NCBI RefSeq assembly: GCF_003704095.1
Contig: NW_020847369.1
Coordinates: 62,001 to 126,000, forward strand
DNA from: Pocillopora damicornis
Taxonomy: Eukaryota
Reading direction: 5' to 3'
Length of the DNA: 64,000 nucleotides
Of the stretch, positions 62,656-64,000 are shown in pieces. Position numbers and translations under genes: made by a program. Every line of letters starts with the position of its first letter. The stretch's first letter is position 1. A model generated the notes under the pieces. The model saw only the letters and a program-made list of their open reading frames with translations. It had not been told where the DNA came from and ran no database searches.

Positions 62656-64000
62656 ATGTCCAAAAAACAAAAAAATCTCGCAGCTGGCACGTTGCGCGGG
62701 AAAGAAGCGTTACTCGAGTGGTGCAAGCGACAAACGGTGGGATACAAGAACGTTCGTGTGTCTAACATGACAACCTCATGGAGAGATGGATTAGCCTTTT
62801 GTGCTATAATACACCGCTACAAGCCGGACCTCATGTAAGAACAATCATGTTCTCACTTCACATTAAGATAGGAAACAAAAATTCTTGACTTCCCTGAGTT
62901 TTTCAGATTATATCGTATGTTAATTTAAATGTGAAAAAGGTTAAATTTAATCTGAACTCTCGATCTAAGCTGGTTTTGTAGCATAAACGAGTTGCGTTTG
63001 AATCGAGCACTTGCATACAAATTTGCAAGAAATACAAATTTCGAAACAGTATTATAATCTCCCATTTAATATTGGGTATCTTAAGATGTATTTCAATTGA
63101 CTACCAGCTCTCGATCGCAAACGTTTCAAACCTCCATAAAGCAATCTGCATATAACAAAATCATCATGGGCTAAATTTCACAAAATTCGTAATCGTAGAA
63201 TGCAAACCTGTTCTGTTTCTGACAATATTGGAAAATAATCCTATGCCAAAATACGTTTTTCCTAAGCGCTGTTTATGTCTACACTTGATGTGTGATATTG
63301 CAAAAACAATAATTGGTGTTTGCGTCTGAATACTCATACTTCAGACGCAATCAAAACATAACAAGTGATGTAAGCTTTGTTTTTATTAACATATCTTTGA
63401 ATGTCGGAGAAATTTGAGCTGCCTACAATGAAACCAAACTACAGATAAGCCGAACGTGTACAGGTCCGGCCCTAAATTGCAGATTTCAAGAAGGTTTGGG
63501 TTTCAGAATGTTTCAGAACATAGCATCATCGGAGGAAATACAAAATTAAGAAAATGAAAAAGAAAAAAGCGCAATCTAAAGACTCGTGATTGCTAAAATG
63601 CGTCACGTTTGCGGAAGATTTCCGGAATACCCACATGTCCACTATCGGATGTAGATATTTCACTTAGCCCTTTACATCCTACAAGCGATGAACGTGTAAA
63701 TTTTCCTTACAATATAGACCACGAAATTCTCCAAATCAGTTATAACTTAGTGTACCGTAGCTGGAAAGGAGATTTGCAAAGTAGATCAAAGGTCATAGGA
63801 CGGGCAAGCTGGATTCATCTCCTTCGTTTTTCGATGGCAGTATTCTAATCAATTATGATCGTTCTCGCTATAGGTCGCAATCGAGTATTAACTTAATTTC
63901 CGTGTCGGTGTTCGGTCTTCACTCACAAGCTGTACTACCGATCATTCTTTTATTTCAGAGATTTTCAGAATCTATCGAAGGAAGACATGTTGAAAAATAA
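62656..64000 (+). CDS. MICAL-like protein (N-terminal calponin-homology domain), 3'-partial
   Basis: Exon 1 62656-62834 (donor AT|GTAAGA) and exon 2 from 63959 give [43 protein letters not shown]|[13 protein letters not shown]. This is a CH domain of the MICAL/EHBP1 type, and its position at the extreme N-terminus favours MICAL-like. Confidence 0.85.

Noticed and set aside
63320-63350. 11-bp perfect inverted repeat (ttgcgtctgaa/ttcagacgcaa) in the MICAL-like intron
   Set aside because: An isolated short hairpin with no other support for an RNA gene or element.

Overview
AT-rich animal genomic DNA with GT-AG introns. The gene content and repeat families suggest a cnidarian, most likely a stony coral (inference). 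Ten protein-coding genes were reconstructed by hand with phase-consistent splice sites: the 3' part of SLC35B1, a monoamine-like GPCR, METTL2 (11 exons), a Snail-family zinc-finger gene, NIFK, an intronless MDH1B-like gene, two tandem K2P potassium channels, a synaptotagmin-like (SLP-type) C2 protein and the start of a MICAL-like gene. Main observations: (1) Snail, with its whole flanking landscape, lies antisense inside the 12.3-kb last intron of METTL2, and the neighbouring SLC35B1 likewise carries an antisense GPCR in its 6.9-kb last intron. (2) The second K2P paralog has lost essentially the whole extracellular cap but keeps both selectivity filters. (3) The C2 domain is split by a ~415-aa low-complexity insertion. 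(4) NIFK and MDH1B share a 123-bp bidirectional promoter with a Myc-type E-box and an RFX X-box. The window also holds piggyBac-like TTAA MITEs, a pogo-like MITE, tRNA-derived SINE relics, decayed Penelope-type hammerhead motifs and three assembly gaps. Novelty relative to databases could not be checked.
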